A DNA stretch of 64,000 nt from Squalus acanthias (GCA_030390025.1 CM059432.1:84632001-84696000), one strand, 5' to 3'; counted from the first letter of the stretch, positions 24,662 through 38,694 are shown. Program-made: numbers and translations. Notes: generated by a model from the sequence alone, not told the origin.

Positions 24662-26696
24662 GGGATTAGTGGTGCAAACAAGGCAAGCTCAAGACCCAAG
24701 TGCGCACCCCGCTTTGATGAGGACTCCCTCCAAGCTCTGGTGGAGGGAGCAAGAGCTCATAAGGAAGTGCTGTTTCCTTCTTCTGGGAGGATAAAACCTC
24801 CCCAGCAGACCAAAGCTGTGTGGCTGCAAGTGGCACAGGAGGAGAATGTTATCTCAATGTGCAGCAGAACCTGGCTGCAGTGCAGAAAGAGGTTTCATGA
24901 CCTTCTCCGCACAGGAAAAGTGAATATTACATCACCATGACCCTCAAAATCTGCTCCCCATCGCCTCTCATCACCAGCACTCTTCATTATCAACCTCCTC
25001 CTCCACATCCCACTTGACCCTTACATCCCTGCATCCTTAACCATTCCCTCTCTCTGTACGTTCACATTCACGTAACTATTCGGCTATGCAGCCCTCACAC
25101 TCCCTATCACTGTGATGCTATGACAACAACTTACAACACACAGGGAGGGCCCTTGGTCTTGGGACCTCAATCCATTTTTGTGTCCTTCTAAGCATCTATG
25201 CTATGGATTCTCTACACTCACTCCTTCATTCTCACTCAAACTCCACTTGTGTCCCTCATTGCAGGAAAAAAGAGCCCACAATAAGAGGGAAAGGGCGAAG
25301 ACAGGAGGAAGGCCACCCTCAATAGCCCAGCTCTGCAGTGCAGAGGAGGCGGCCCTGGAGATCGTGGGAGTGGAGGAGGATGCGCAAGTGGGGGACGGAC
25401 AGACGGGCACATCAGAGCAAGCTGGTGACAGAATAGTTTTTCATTTCTCTCATTGACATTGCATGAGTGACTGATCTTGATTCTAATGCTCTAACAGATT
25501 GACTTATGATCATCTGCACAATTCAATGTGCATGCAATGTTTATCTCACATGTCTAACTCTTTCCTTTACTCCCCCACAGGACCATCGACAGCCCCTCTC
25601 CCCACTGTCCAGGAGGAACAGCTTGAGCCACAAGACTCCTCAGAGGAAGCTGCAACCTCTGAGGGCGCAGCGTCAGCAGAATTAAGCGCACCCAGCACCC
25701 AGCACCAGCGCAGACACTCACACCTCGGTGGGACCTTCGGGAGATAGAGTAGTGTTGTCACCTGGTGTATCACAGCTCACAAGTGAGCATCAGCAGATGG
25801 TGGAGACAGGGACAGCAGTGGAGAGTCCTAGCCGGAGGGCGCAGGACTCTCCCAGCTCGGCTCAGCTGCATGTCGACCCTGTGCCTCCGGGTCCATCCAG
25901 AAGGAGAGCGTTGGTGGAACTCCAGGAACAGGTGCAGGAGTCTCTGGCAGGTTTTGTCTCCAGGGTCGCTGCGAGTGTGGAGTGGATGGAGGAGTCCATC
26001 GCTAACATGAGCAGTGCCTTTGTGGAGGCATTGGCGCATGAACGCATCACCACGGAAAGGATGGCAACCTCCGTGGAAAGGATGGCTACCTCCGTGGTAA
26101 GGCTGGCTACCGTAAAGGAGAGGATGGCTACGGTAGAGGAGAGGATGGCTACGGCCATGGAGGAGCTAAGTTGCCAGGGTCTTGAAAACATAGTCATTGT
26201 TCAGAACAGACTGACATTACTGGAGCAACGATGGTCAGCTATTGAGCAGAGAAACCAGACCTTCATGGAAGTCCTCTGGAGTAGGACTTCCAGTGCAGAA
26301 ACAGGTCCTCATGGCCCTCCTGATGTGCAGCAAGGTGCTGTCAAGCCACTTGCTAGCTCTGAAGTGGGGCTGACCCATGAGAGGGATCTAAGTGGCAAAC
26401 AACAAGGAAGTGGGGACTCCTCTCCAAGCGCTCACACGACCATGCCACTGCAGAGCCCTCGGTCAGAGCCCCACCAGAGTCCTCACCCAACTGAGATCAG
26501 CGTCTCAGCCCCTGCACAGCCACAGGAACAGCAGACTGTTGGTGAGCCCTCACAGGCTTGCAACCCCAGAGGAAGCTCGCCAAAGGTGTCGAGGCAGGAG
26601 CAGCATGAAAGTGAGCAAGGGGCCTCCACATCTGCTGAAGCCACAGGGGAAGCACCACGTAGGAGCACACGTAAGAGGAAGAGAAAGCACAAGTAG
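24662..26696 (+). pseudogene. Myb/SANT-like plus coiled-coil partner gene, exons about 24662-24919, 25265-25424, 25581-26696
   Basis: APRFDEDSLQALV..W..RTWLQCRKRFHDL | EKRAHNKRERAKTGG | acidic linker, heptad repeats, C-terminal RRSTRKRKRKHK. One frameshift near 25700; start codon not evident. Confidence 0.85.
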
Positions 26697-26954
26697 TCAC
26701 AAGGGTAGTCACTTGGGTGTTCTGTTGTGTTTAATTGTGAAATGCCATCTGTGAATTAATGTTATAAAATGACTTGATGGCAAACTGTTGAAGTTGTGGG
26801 CTGTGTCATTTCGCAAATGGGACTTCCACATTGAGGGCTCAGGGCGACTTGGAATTGTTAGTATAGTGGTCAGAGTGATAGGAAGCCGCAGGTTCTTGTC
26901 CATTGTCGATGGTGTGGTAAGAAGGTGTGAGCCAAATGTGTTTGATTGGGCAGC

Positions 26955-28196
26955 CTAAGCAAATCTGGCTAAGATCAGTGCATCCCTTGCACCCCGGGCA
27001 GCAATGATCTCGCATGCCGCTGCCGCTGGTTGATGTGCCTCCACAAGCTGTTCGTTGTCGCTCTCCTCCTCCTCCTCCTCCTCATCTGAGGAGGCTATGT
27101 GATGAGCCACTTGTACCTCAGGCAGCAGCAAGCCACGATGCTGTGCCATGTTGTGAAGTGCACAGCAGACCACGACGATTCTGGAGACCCTGGCTGCTGA
27201 GTACTGCAGGGCTCCACCTGATCTATCAAGGCATCTGAATCGCATCTTCAGCAAGCCGATGGTTTGCTCAATAATGGATCAGGTGGAAATGTGGCTGGAG
27301 TTGTAGCGCTCCTCAGCTTCGTTGAATGGCCTCCCCAACGGTGTCATTAGGCACATCTTCAGGGGATAGCCCTTGTCTCCAAGTAGCCATCCGCAAAGTA
27401 GGTCTGGCGGACTGAAGAGCGGAGGCACACTAGACTGCTGCAGGATGAAGGAGTCATGGCAACTGCCAGGGTACTTGGCGCAAACAGGCAAAATTTCCTT
27501 ATTGTGGTTACACACCAGCTGCACGTTGAGAGAGTGGAAGCCCTTGCGGTTGACAAAAATACCTGGATTGTGATGGGGTGCCTTAAGGGCCACATGTGTG
27601 CAGTCTACAATGCCCTGCACCCTTGGAAAGCCTGCCAGATTAATGAATCCAGCCGCACATGCCGTTACACTTGCTTGATCCTTGGAGAAGTTGATGTAAT
27701 TGTGCGCGTTGGCAAAGAGGGCATCGGTTACCTACGTGATGCAAGTGTGTGCGGCCACCTGGGAGATGCCGCTGATGTCTGCTGTTGATCCCTGGAATGA
27801 GCGTGAAGCAAAAAAGTTGAGTGCGGTGGTGACTTTGACGGCCACTGGTAAGGGGTGTCCACCAGCTCCTCTGGGCTCCAGGTGTTGCTGCAGCATTGCG
27901 CAGATGTCACCCACTACCTCTCATGAAAGTCTGAGCCTCCTTTGGCACTACTGCGCAGTCATGTTGAGGTAGCTCATCCTCTGTCTGTAAACCTTGTTTT
28001 AGGGGTATCTCCTGTGGCGATGTCCTTCCCTGCGCTGGCGCCTTCTGGCCTGTGCAGCTTCAGGTGGGTGAGCAGCAGGTTGGCCCTCCTATTGTTGCTC
28101 CTGCTGTTGGTGCTCCTGTTGGTGCTTCTGGGGCTGCCGCGGCCGGTCTTCGTTCGAATCTGAGGTCCAGGAGGGAAGGAAATAAATGGTTCCCAT
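26955..28196 (-). pseudogene. Harbinger DDE transposase, 413 codons in one frame with 6 premature stops
   Basis: ATG at 28196; [47 protein letters not shown], acidic tail. Confidence 0.95.
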
Positions 28197-29394
28197 GCTG
28201 CAGGTATATACCTCAGTTGAGGAAGCGCTCAGTCAAGGTGGGGAGAGGGGTTTCCCAGGAGGTCACAGTGGAGATGGATTTCAGCTTCAAAACTTCCACA
28301 ATGAGTAGGCCTGCAAAAAGTTCTCCCAGACCTGAGAAAAGAAAGTTCTGCCACCTGCAAATGATCATTGTTGAAAACTCCTTTTTTATGGTGGAGCTGC
28401 AGCTGTTAGTAAGCCATCCACTTGTGAGCCCGCCAGGATTAACTGGCGTGTTCCTGGGGAGACGTGCAGCATGGGGGAAATGTGGTAAACTCAGAAAGGC
28501 CTCTCAAAATGGCATCTTAGAGGCACTTAAATGTTGTTAAGTGCCTTAAGGGCCTATCCCGCCTCTTGGAGGCGGGACCGAAACGGGGTCTGAAAGCCCG
28601 CATTCGAGAAAGTTGCTCAGAGGCGGATTGGAGGAGGGATTGGAGCCCAACGAAATTTTTGGCAACTTTCCCACCTGACCCGCCTTCAAACCCACCTCCT
28701 CAGGCCTGGCAAAATCCAACCCTTAGCATGTGACTTCACAAAAGAGAGAGACGATACAGACATGGCAGTTAAGGAGGAGGAATGTGAAATATTAAATGAG
28801 ATAAACAGTGAGAGAGGAAGTAATAAGGGGTTTAGCATCTTTGAAAGTAGATAAATCACCAGGCCTGGATGAAATGTATCCCAGGCTATTAAGAGAAGCA
28901 AGGGAGGAAATAGCGGAAGCTCTGACCATCATTTTTCAATCCTTCTCTGGCTACAGGTGTGGTGCCGGAGGACTGGAGGACTAACATTGTACCGTTGTTT
29001 AAAAAGGGAGAAAGGGATAGACTGAATAATTACAGGCTGGTTAGCCTAACCTCGGTGGTGGACAAATTGTTGGAAAACATTCCAAGGGAAAGCATTAATC
29101 GTCATTTAGAAAGGCATGGATTAGTCAAGGACAATAAGCATGCATTTGTTAAGGGAAGGTCATGTCTGACTAGCTCGATTGAATTTTTTGAGGAGGTAAC
29201 AAGGAGAGTTGATGAGGGTACTGCGTTTGATGTAGTCTACATGGATTTTAGCAAGGCTTTTGACAAGGTCCCACATGGCAGACTGGTCAGAAAAGTAAAA
29301 GCCCATGGGATTCAAGGCAAAGTGGCAAGTTGGATCCAAAATTGGCTTAGTGGCAGGAAGCAAATGTTAATGGTTGACGGATGTTTTTGTGACG

Positions 29395-32300
29395 GGACCC
29401 CGCTGTTACCCCGCTGCAACACGCCTTTCCCACAGGCGCCTGTGTGATCTCCGATCTGACCCGCAGAGACGGGCGACCCAATTAAACCAATGATTGGGTT
29501 GTTGATAGACCCTTAATAATACTTTTAACCTTACCTTTTAACTTTAACTGCTCGCCCACGGGGTCCACGCTGCTCGGGGACCACGTCTGTAAACCTGAGG
29601 CGGGAGTTGAATGGCCATTGCTCCATCTGATTACTTGACAGCATCAAATGTGCAGTAAAAGCTCCCACCTGACAGATCATCACTTTCCTCAGCCACAAGC
29701 TGTTTCTCAGTTCATTTCCAGCCCAGATTCTGCAGGCTTTCCACTTTCCACTCTCCATCCATTCTTACCTCATTGGTCAATGCACCAAACCCTAGCACTC
29801 ACCTACCAACAATCTCTACCTATCACCACTCACACCTTACAATCAGAACTTCACTGCACCCTTACAACCTTACCACTGCTGCAACACTCACCCCCGCACA
29901 CCTTGCACATACTGACAGCTATTCAACTATGGCAGGCACATTACCCAAACACATTGCACCACACTCACTCACACACTTCTCTTTCTCTTGCAGGCCAAGG
30001 TTGCGCACAATCGCCGGGAGCAGCAGCAGACAGGCGGGTGGGGGGCGGGGGGAGGGTGGCAAGCTGACATCCAGGACCTCAGCCAGCTAGAGGAGAGAGT
30101 GGCAGATCATAGAGGCCGTGGCAACAGGCAAGGTTGAACCCCTTGGGGACAACAACTGTATGGTCATTCCTAATCCTTCTTCTCACACCCTACTTCCCCC
30201 TCATCGCACAATCTCTTCTCACTTTCAAGCTACTCATGCTGTATGCATGCATATCTTGCTTCACCCCGCCCTCCCCTCACCATAACCCGAATCTTGTGGC
30301 TTTCTGCTTTCAGATAATCAACAACAAGCACCAGAGCAACCTGTCCCTGAGGCAATGCACAAGAGTGAGGAGGGAGAAGAAGAGGAAGAAGACTCTGTGT
30401 TACTGCATCTGTCACTTGCAGACACCAGCTCAGAAACTGGCACTGCGCGTAGTTTAGAGGCTAGAGAAGCAGTGGGATCTGCACAGGGTGAGACACCGGG
30501 CATAAGTGGACTGCAGCAAGAGCAGGGGGAAAGGGTAGCTCGGGGGCCTGCTCCCCGGAGGGCGAGTTCGCTCACGAGTTCTGTTGCACAGGACTCAGAT
30601 GAGAACCTCCTCCTGAGGACCCCACCAGCACAGAAGGCAGTCTTCAGCCAATTCGTTTCACTCCACGTCAGATTAAGAAACGGCTGAGTGCACTGGATAC
30701 TAAAAGGCTGTGGGCCCCGACAACATCCCGGCTGTCGTGCTGAAGACTTGTGTTCCAGAACTAGCCGTGCCTCTAGCCAAGCTGTTCCAGTACAGCTATA
30801 ACACTGGCATCTGTCCGACAATGTGGAAAACTGCCTAGGTATGTCCTGTCCACAAAAAGCAGGACAAATCCAATCCAGCCAATTACCGCCTCATCAGTCT
30901 ACTCTCAATCATCAGCAAAGTGATGGAAGGTGTCGTCGACAGTGCTGTCAAACAGCATTTACTCACAAATAACCTGCTCATTGATGCCCAGTTTGGGTTC
31001 CACCAGGACCACACGGCTCCAGGCCTCATTACAGCCTTGGTCCAAACATGGACAAAAGAGCTGAATTCCAGAGGTGAGGTGAGAGTGACTGCCCTTGATA
31101 TCAAGGCAGCATTTGACCGAGTGTGGCATCAAGGAGTCCTAGTAAAACTGAAGTCAATGGGAGTCGGGGGCACAAAGGAAGATGGTTGTGGTTGTTGGAG
31201 GCCAATCATCTCAGCCCCAGGACATCACTGCAGTAGTTCCTCAGGGCAGTGTCCTAGGCCCAACCATCTTCAGCTGCTTCATCAATGACCTTCCCTCCAT
31301 CATAAGGTCAGAAATGGGGATGTTCGCGGATGACGGCGCAGTGTTCAGTGCCATTCGCAACTCCTCAGACAATGAAGCAGTCCATGCTCGCATGCAGCAA
31401 GACCTGGACGACATTCAGGCTTGGGCTGATAAGCGGCAGGTAACATTCGCGCCACACAAGTGCCAGGCAATGACTATCTCCAACAAGCGAACGTCTAACC
31501 ACCGCCCCTTAACATTCAACGGCATTACCATCGCCGAATCCCCCACCATCAACATTCTGGGGGTCACCATTGACCAGAAACTTAACTGGACCAGCCACAT
31601 AAATACTGTGGCAACAGAGCAGGTCAGAAGCTGGGTATTCTGTGGCGAGTGTCTCACCTCCTGACTCCCCAAAGCCTTTCCACCATCTACAAGGCACAAG
31701 TCAGGAGTGTGATGGAATACTCTCCACTTGCCTGGATGAGTGCAGCTCCAACAACACTCAAGAAGCTCAACACCATCCAGGACAAAGCAGCCCGATTGAT
31801 CGGCACCCCATCCACCACCTTAAACATTCACTCACTCCACCACCAACGCACTGTGGCTGCAGTGTGTACCATCTGCAAGATGCACTGCAGCAACTCGCCA
31901 AGGCTTCTTCGGTAGCACTTCCCAAACCCGCGACCTCTACCACCTAGAAGGATAAGGGCAGCAGGCGCATGGGAACACCGCCACCTTCAAGTTACACACC
32001 ATCCTGACTTGGAAGTATATTGCCGTTCCTTCATCGTTGCTGGGTCAAATCCTGGAACTCCCTCCCTAACAGCACTGTGGGAGTACCTTCCCCACACGGA
32101 CTGCGATGGTTCAAGAAGGCGGCTCACCACCACCTTCTCGAGGGCAACTAAGGATGGGCAATAAATGCTGGCCTTGCCAGCGACGCCCACATCCCATGAA
32201 CGAATATCAAGAAAAACCTTGATGGTGCAGCATTCAGAAGAAGGGTGATGGGCATGCACACCGAATTGCTCGGTGCAATGCCAAGCCTGCCAGAGAGCCT

Positions 32301-33260
32301 CTTGGCAATGTAAAGGAGCATGGAGCTTGGAGCCCAGGATTTGTGGCTGGAAATGATGGAAGACTCCCGAAGAGACCGTGCCGACCCAGACATGATGGTG
32401 TGTGTGTCGTGGCTGCCATTGCAGCACAGGTGGAAGCTACCCAACGTCTTACTGCTGCAGCAGAAGCGCAGACCGCTCTCATGCAGTCTCTGTTTGGTGC
32501 CATCCAAACTCAGACTGCTCTCAAACAGTCTCTGATTAATGTCACCCATGCTCAGATCTCTGTCATGCAGTCTTAGCTTGATTCCACCCAAGCTCTGACT
32601 ACTGCCATCATGGCTGGGTTTACCACCGTCGACCGGGGCTTGCAGGGTGTCGCAGCAGCCCAGCAATCTGTGCTTTATCAGATTGCCAGGATTGCTAAGG
32701 CGCTGCCCCGGGGAGTGGCAGTGGGTCAGTAGAGCAGGACCTGCTGTTCTCTCTCAAGATGACAGCATTCCTGTTCCCACCACTGCCACTCCACCAGTTC
32801 CCTTGCCACTGCCTGTTAGCCAGCCAGCCTAGACTGCTGCCGCCCATGCCAAGGTGGGGCAAACTGCAGCCGGGCCTTCAAGGTCCAGAGCTGCTCGAGC
32901 TCGTCCTGCAAGACCATCTGAACTATCCCCCATGGAAACTCAGCAGCCTTCCACCAGCCATGCTGCAGCAACTGGGGGAGCACTTTTTAGGAGCACTAGA
33001 TTAGGAAAGGGTACCCGAACGGCAGGCACTAGGGATTGCACAAGGGTGATTAGTTGATATTGTTACTGTAAATATGTGTGGTGATTTTTGATAAATTCAT
33101 TAATTTTGTTTGGAATATTTTGTGGTATCTCCCATTTCAGCTTTGTGCCCAGGAGGACGCTGTGATATTCCATGACAGAGGGATGGTACGATGGGGATGT
33201 GGTGAGTAACAGGGATCTGGGGTTTAATTCATTGGAATCTGAGTCTGATGAGGTGTTCAC
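29395..33260 (+). pseudogene. Harbinger remnant carrying Myb gene exons 2-3, interrupted by a LINE
   Basis: Exon 2 from about 29994 (AKVAHNRRE..GGG) and exon 3 from 30314 are homologous to 13176-14558; sequence resumes at 32219. Confidence 0.75.
30609..32218 (+). mobile_element. 5'-truncated CR1-group LINE (RT and 3' UTR)
   Basis: NYR.ISLLS, QFGF, ALDIKAAFDRVWH, VPQGSVLGP, MFADD; possible TSD AACCT. Confidence 0.9.
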
Positions 33261-33295
33261 GACCCACTCACAGTTTTGCAGCCATGCAGCATAGA

Positions 33296-33590
33296 GGGAA
33301 TTTTGTTCACAACCGTTTGAGTGAAGAAATTTCTCCTCATCTCAGTCCTAAATGGCCGACCCCTTATTCTGAGACTGTGACCCCTGGTTCTAGACTCCCC
33401 AGCCAGGGGAAACATCCTCCCAGCATCAACCCTGTCAAACCCCTTAAGAATTTTATACATCTAATATTTTCAAACATGGCTCAGTGTCAAGTTTTGTTTG
33501 ATAATGCTCCTGTGAAGTGCCTTGGGACGTTTTACTGTGTTAAAGGTTCTATATAAAAATAAGTTGTTATTGTTGCTGTTGTAGTTGTAA
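33296..33590. mobile_element. Short CR1 fragment (minus) followed by an L2-like 3' tail (plus)
   Basis: YKILKGFDRVD..TRGHSLR..RRNFFTQ; then GCTCCTGTGAAGTGCCTTGGGACG..(TTG)n. Confidence 0.65.
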
Positions 33591-35801
33591 AGACAAAGGA
33601 GTGTGAAATTACCCCCTGAAGGGGGTCATGTATTTCTTGCCTAAATTCTATTTGTGACTCCACACCTAGTCTATGCTGCATAGTTTGTATTGATGCAAAG
33701 CTAAAATTGTTTTACATCAGTACAAAGTGTGAAGTATTACTGGCCTATTTGATAATTCAGACATTTTTGATCTGTAGCAATCTGACATGGGGAGCTGAAG
33801 TTCTGTTTAACTTTAATAGTTTAATAGTTGTGAAGCTTTTTTTCCCAAATGAATCAATTTTCTATAATTATAGGTAGCTTTTGACAACTTTGTAACTTAA
33901 GTAAAAAATCCTAATGAGACTTCTTTGGGGAACATAGGACCACAGGAACAGGAGTAGGTCATTCAGCCCCTCGAGGCTCATCGGCCATTCAATGACATCA
34001 TGGCTGATCTGCGATCTAACTCCAGATACCCGCCTTTGGCCCATATTCCTTAATACCTTTGGTTAATAAAAAGCTATCAATTTCCAATTTAAAATTAACA
34101 ATTGATCTAACATCAATTGCCATTTGCAGAAGAGAGTTCCAAACTTCTACCACCCTTTGTGTGTAGAAGTGTTTCCTAATTTCACTCCTGAAAGGTCTGG
34201 CTCTAATTTTTAGACTATGCCCCCTAGTCCTAGAATCCCGAACCAGCGGAAATAGTTTCTCTCTATCTACCCTATCTGTTCCCCTTAATATCCTGAAAAC
34301 TTCGATCAGATCACCCCTTAACCTTCTAAATTCTAGGGAATACAACCCTAATTTGTGTAATCCCTCCTCATAACTTAATCCTTGAATTCCAGATATTATT
34401 CTGGTAAACCTATGCTGCACTCCCTCCAAGGCCAATATATCCTTCCTAAGGTGTGGTGCCCAGAACTGCTCACACTACTCCAGGTGTGGTCTAACCAGGG
34501 TTTTGTACAGCTGCAGCATAACTTCCACCCCTTGTACTCTAGTCCTCTAGATATAAAGGCCAGCATTCCATTAGCCTTTTTGATTATTTTTTGCACCTGT
34601 TCATGACATTTTAATGATCTATGTACCTGAACCCCCAAGTCTCTTTGGACATCTAATGTTTTTAGCTTTTTACCATTTAGAAAGTACCCTTTTTAGGTCC
34701 AAAGTAGATGACCTCACATTTGCTTACATTGAAATCCATTTGCCACAGTTTTGCCCATTCACTTAATCTATCAATATCTCTTTGTAATTTTATGCTTTCA
34801 TCTACACTGCGTACAATGCCACCAATCTTTGTGTCATCGGCAAATTTGGAAATATGACTTTCTATGCCATCATCTAAGTCGGTTATAAATATTGTGAATA
34901 GTTGAGGCCCCAACACAGATCCCTGCAGGACACCACTAGTCACATCCTGCCAATTTGAGTATCTACCCATTATCCCTACTCTCTGTCTCCTGCCGCTCAG
35001 CCAATTAACTAACCAGGCCAATAATTTGAACTCAATTCCGTGGCTTCTACCTTAGATAACAGTCTCTTATGTGGGACTTTATCAAATGCCTTCTGGATGT
35101 CCATATAAATAACATCCATAGACATTCCCCTGTCCACTACTTTAGTCACCTCTTCAAAAAATTCAATCAGGTTTGTCAGATATAACCTACCTTTCACAAA
35201 TCCATGCTGGCTCTCTCTGATCAAATGAACATTTTCGAGGTGTTCAGTCACCCTATCCTTAATTATTGACTCTAGCGGTTTCCCGACAACAGATGTTAGG
35301 CTAACTGGTCTATAATTCCCTGGTTTCCCTCTCTTGCCATTCTTAAAAAGCGGAGTGACATGAGCAATTTTCCAATCTGGAGAACTTTGGAAGATTATAG
35401 TTAGGGCATCGTCAATGTGCTCACCTACTTCTTTTAAACCCTGGGATGGAAACCATCTGGCCCTGGGGATTTGTCATTCTTTAGTGCCATTATTTTCTTC
35501 ATTACTGTTAATTTACTTACGTTAATTTTATTGAGTCCCTGTCCCCGATTCAATATTCGTTTCTTTGGAATTTCCAGCATGCTATCCTCTTCTTCTACTG
35601 TAAATACTGACGCAAAGTAATTATTCAACATGTCAGCCATTTCCCCCTTGTCATTGAAAAAATCGCCATTTTCAGTTTTTAAGGGGCCAACATTGCTCCT
35701 GACCACCCTCTTCTTCCTAATGTAACTTATAAATTCTTCGTATTGATTTTGATATCCCTTGCAAGTTTCTTTTCATATTCCCTTTTTGTAGCTTTTACTA
35801 T

Positions 35802-36542
35802 GGCCTGTATTTTCCGATCCCTACGGGTGTGTACGAGCTGTGTATACACCCGTAGGGACCTCGCAAGTGCTGGTTTCAGGCAGGCATGCGCTGAAAACCG
35901 GCACTTCCGATCTGTCAAGAATCCTCTTGACAGATCGCACGCCTGCACTGGAGAAGGGCCTCTGCGGGTGGAGAGTTCCGCTTTCTGCAGAACCTCCGCC
36001 CGCTGAAAACCTTTAAAAATCTTACGCCTGGTAAAAGCAGGCGTAAGGCCTGCTTTTACTAGCATAAGAGTTTAAAAAAGTAAAAAAAATTTTTTTTCAC
36101 TCATTTATAATTTAAAAATACTTTTAAAAAAGGTAAGTTTATTTTTAGCCCCGTAAAACACTTTAATTATTTTTTTCAAAAAATTAAATTTTTGTTTAAA
36201 ATATTTAACTTAATGTAATTTTAACTCATTTTAAAAACGTGATGGTTTTTTAAAAATGTATTTAATGTTTTGATGTCTTTTTTCAGTGATCCCCATTCAA
36301 AAGACCTGTCAAAAGTATGAAGGGGGATTCCCTTCTCCCATTGGCTTGCCTGGCCCACGTGATCCCAGGGACGCTTGCGAACCGCATGCGCCCCTGGGAT
36401 TCCTGGGCCTCTGCGTGCGCGCACCAGGAAAGGCCCAGGAGCGGAAGAGTCCGGACCTCGGGAGCCCTCAGGCAAGGGCGTAGATTTTTTCCCGATAGCA
36501 GGCATCCGCACACAGGAAGCCTCCTATCGGAAATTACGGGCC
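35802..36542. mobile_element. Harbinger-type MITE family B (741 bp) inserted in CR1
   Basis: TIR GGCCTGTATTTTCCGAT / ATCGGAAATTACGGGCC, TSD TAT. Shares internal motifs with 9353-10105. Confidence 0.88.
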
Positions 36543-38694
36543 TATCTGTTTTGTGACCCTTTGCTGTTCTTTGTATCTTTCCCATTTACCAGGATCTGTG
36601 CTATTTTTTGCATTTTTGTATGCCCTTTCCTTTAGTTTTATGCTGTCTCTTACCTTTTTAGTTGTCCATGGCTGGTTTTTTTTGGCAAGTAGAACTCTTG
36701 CCCCTCAGGGGTATAAACTGGTTCTGTATCACTTTAAATTATTTTTTAAACATCTCCCACTGATCTTCTGTCATTTTACCCATTAACAGATTTGCCCTGT
36801 TTACTGTGGACAGTCTCTGCCTCATCCTGTTGAAGTCGCCCTTACCTAAATCTAGATTCTTAGTAGCTGTTTCGCGTTTCTCCCTTTCAAACGCTACGTT
36901 GAACTCGATCATGTTATGATCGCTATTGGATAAATATAGGGGGCCTATACAAAACTCCCACTACAGGCTTACATCCTTTCCTATTTCTTAATTCAACCCA
37001 TAAGGTCTCCACTGGTTGCTTACCTCTCTTTAAATCCTCTCTTATCATTGAAGTGATTTCATCCTTAATCACTAAGGCTACTCCTCCCCCTCTGCCATTT
37101 TCCCTATCTGTCCTGTAGACCTTATAACCTGGTATATTTAGTTCCCAGTCCTGACTGTCTTGCAGTCATGTCTCAGTAATGGCTATCATGTCATACCCTC
37201 CAATTTGAATTCATGCCTGCAGTTCACTCAATTTATTCCTTATACTCCGTGCGTTTGTATAAACAACGCTTATTTGGGCCACACACCCTAGCCTGTCCTT
37301 CAGCTCTGATGTTTTACTCACATGTTTCTTATTTATCTCTCCTGGTTTAATCACTTTACATCTTTTAGTTTTCCCTTTACCTGTAGTGGCTAAAGCACAA
37401 TTTCTGAGTGCTACTCTATTTTCTTCCCTTTCGTTTGTTTTTGAACTACTATTTGTACTGCAATTTCCCCCTGAGCCCTCCCCCCATTTACTAGCTTAAA
37501 GTCCTTGTGACCACCCTATTTATCCTTTCTGCTAGGACCCAGGTCCCAGACCGGTTCAAGTGGAGCCTGTCCAAACGGTACAGTTCCTTCCTGTCCCAAT
37601 ACTGGTGCCAGTGCCTCTTTCCCACACCACTCCTTTAGCCATGTGTTTACTTCCCTAATCTGCTTATCTCTACGCCAATTTGCACGTGGCTCAGGCAATA
37701 ATCCAGAGAGTATAACCTTTGAGGTCCTGTTCTTTAATTTAGCTCCTAGTTCCTGGGTACTCCCCAAACAGGACCTCTTGCCTACTGTTCTCGATGTTGT
37801 TGGTCCCGACATGGACCACAATGACCGGATCCTTCCCCTCCCTCTCCAGTATCCTTTCAAGCCGGTTTGTGATCTCCCTTACCCTGGCACCAGGTAGGCA
37901 ACATACCATGTGAGACTCTCGATCTTGCTTACAAAGGATGCTATCTGTCCCCCTAATTATAGAATCCCCTACAACTACCACATTACACTTCCTCTTCTCC
38001 TCATCCTCCCCCTTAGGACAGCCTACTAATCCAAAGTGCCATGGTCCGCATTCTGGCTGTCCTTCCAACAGTCTTTATCCTTATTCTCACAGGTAGCAAG
38101 TACATTGTACCTGTTGGATAGGATCAGTTTCTGTGGATCCTCGTTCCCTTTCTTACCTGGGTTCCCCTTACTCTGTACACTATTAGTCACACCAATCCCA
38201 TTATCATCCTACACCTCTCTACGAGGTGTGACCGAAGTCTGGAGCAAACTGTCCAGATACTCCTCCCCTTCCCTTATGTGTCAGAGTGTCTCCAATTTGT
38301 AATCCAGCTCAATGGCTCTGAGCCGGAGAGATTCAAGATGAAGACATCTCCTGCAGACGTGTTCGCTTGGGACAGTCTCGCTGTCCACAAACTCCCACAT
38401 ACTGCAGTCCAGACACACACCTGCCCTGCCATATCTTAGTCTAACCTTATTTTATTTATTTAATTAGTTAAAGTCTTTATTCAATGACTCTTTATAGTCA
38501 TATTAATTAGTTTAACTAGTTAAGTTATAAATTTAATAAAGTACGTTATAGTTTTCCCCTTCTAGTTTAAACCACTGTCATAGGTTAGAGAGAAAAAAAC
38601 ATTAATACTCACCAACCAATCACCTACCTGCTGTCCTGTGACATCACTCCTTGTTTTTTGTTGTTGTTGAAATCGTCGGAGGTGCACCTCCTCA

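Larger units (their letters stand above)
24416..28722. mobile_element. Structurally complete PIF/Harbinger DNA transposon (4307 bp)
   Basis: TIRs GGGCCGGATTTTGTCA and (reverse complement) GGGTTGGATTTTGCCA, TSD TTA at 24413-24415 and 28723-28725, two convergent genes. Confidence 0.95.
22700..29395 (+). mobile_element. CR1 LINE (ORF1 esterase, ORF2 endonuclease and part of RT), split by the Harbinger at 24416-28722
   Basis: CLPGVRVKDV..VHIGTND, YFNARS, GVYCRPPN, VGDFNYP, NEYL|ACDFTK across the insertion, KSPG.D, YMDFSKAFDKVPH. Confidence 0.92.

Noticed and set aside
24662..28196. Domesticated HARBI1/NAIF1 host genes
   Set aside because: Stops and a frameshift, TIRs with a TSD, and multiple paralogous copies indicate transposon relics.
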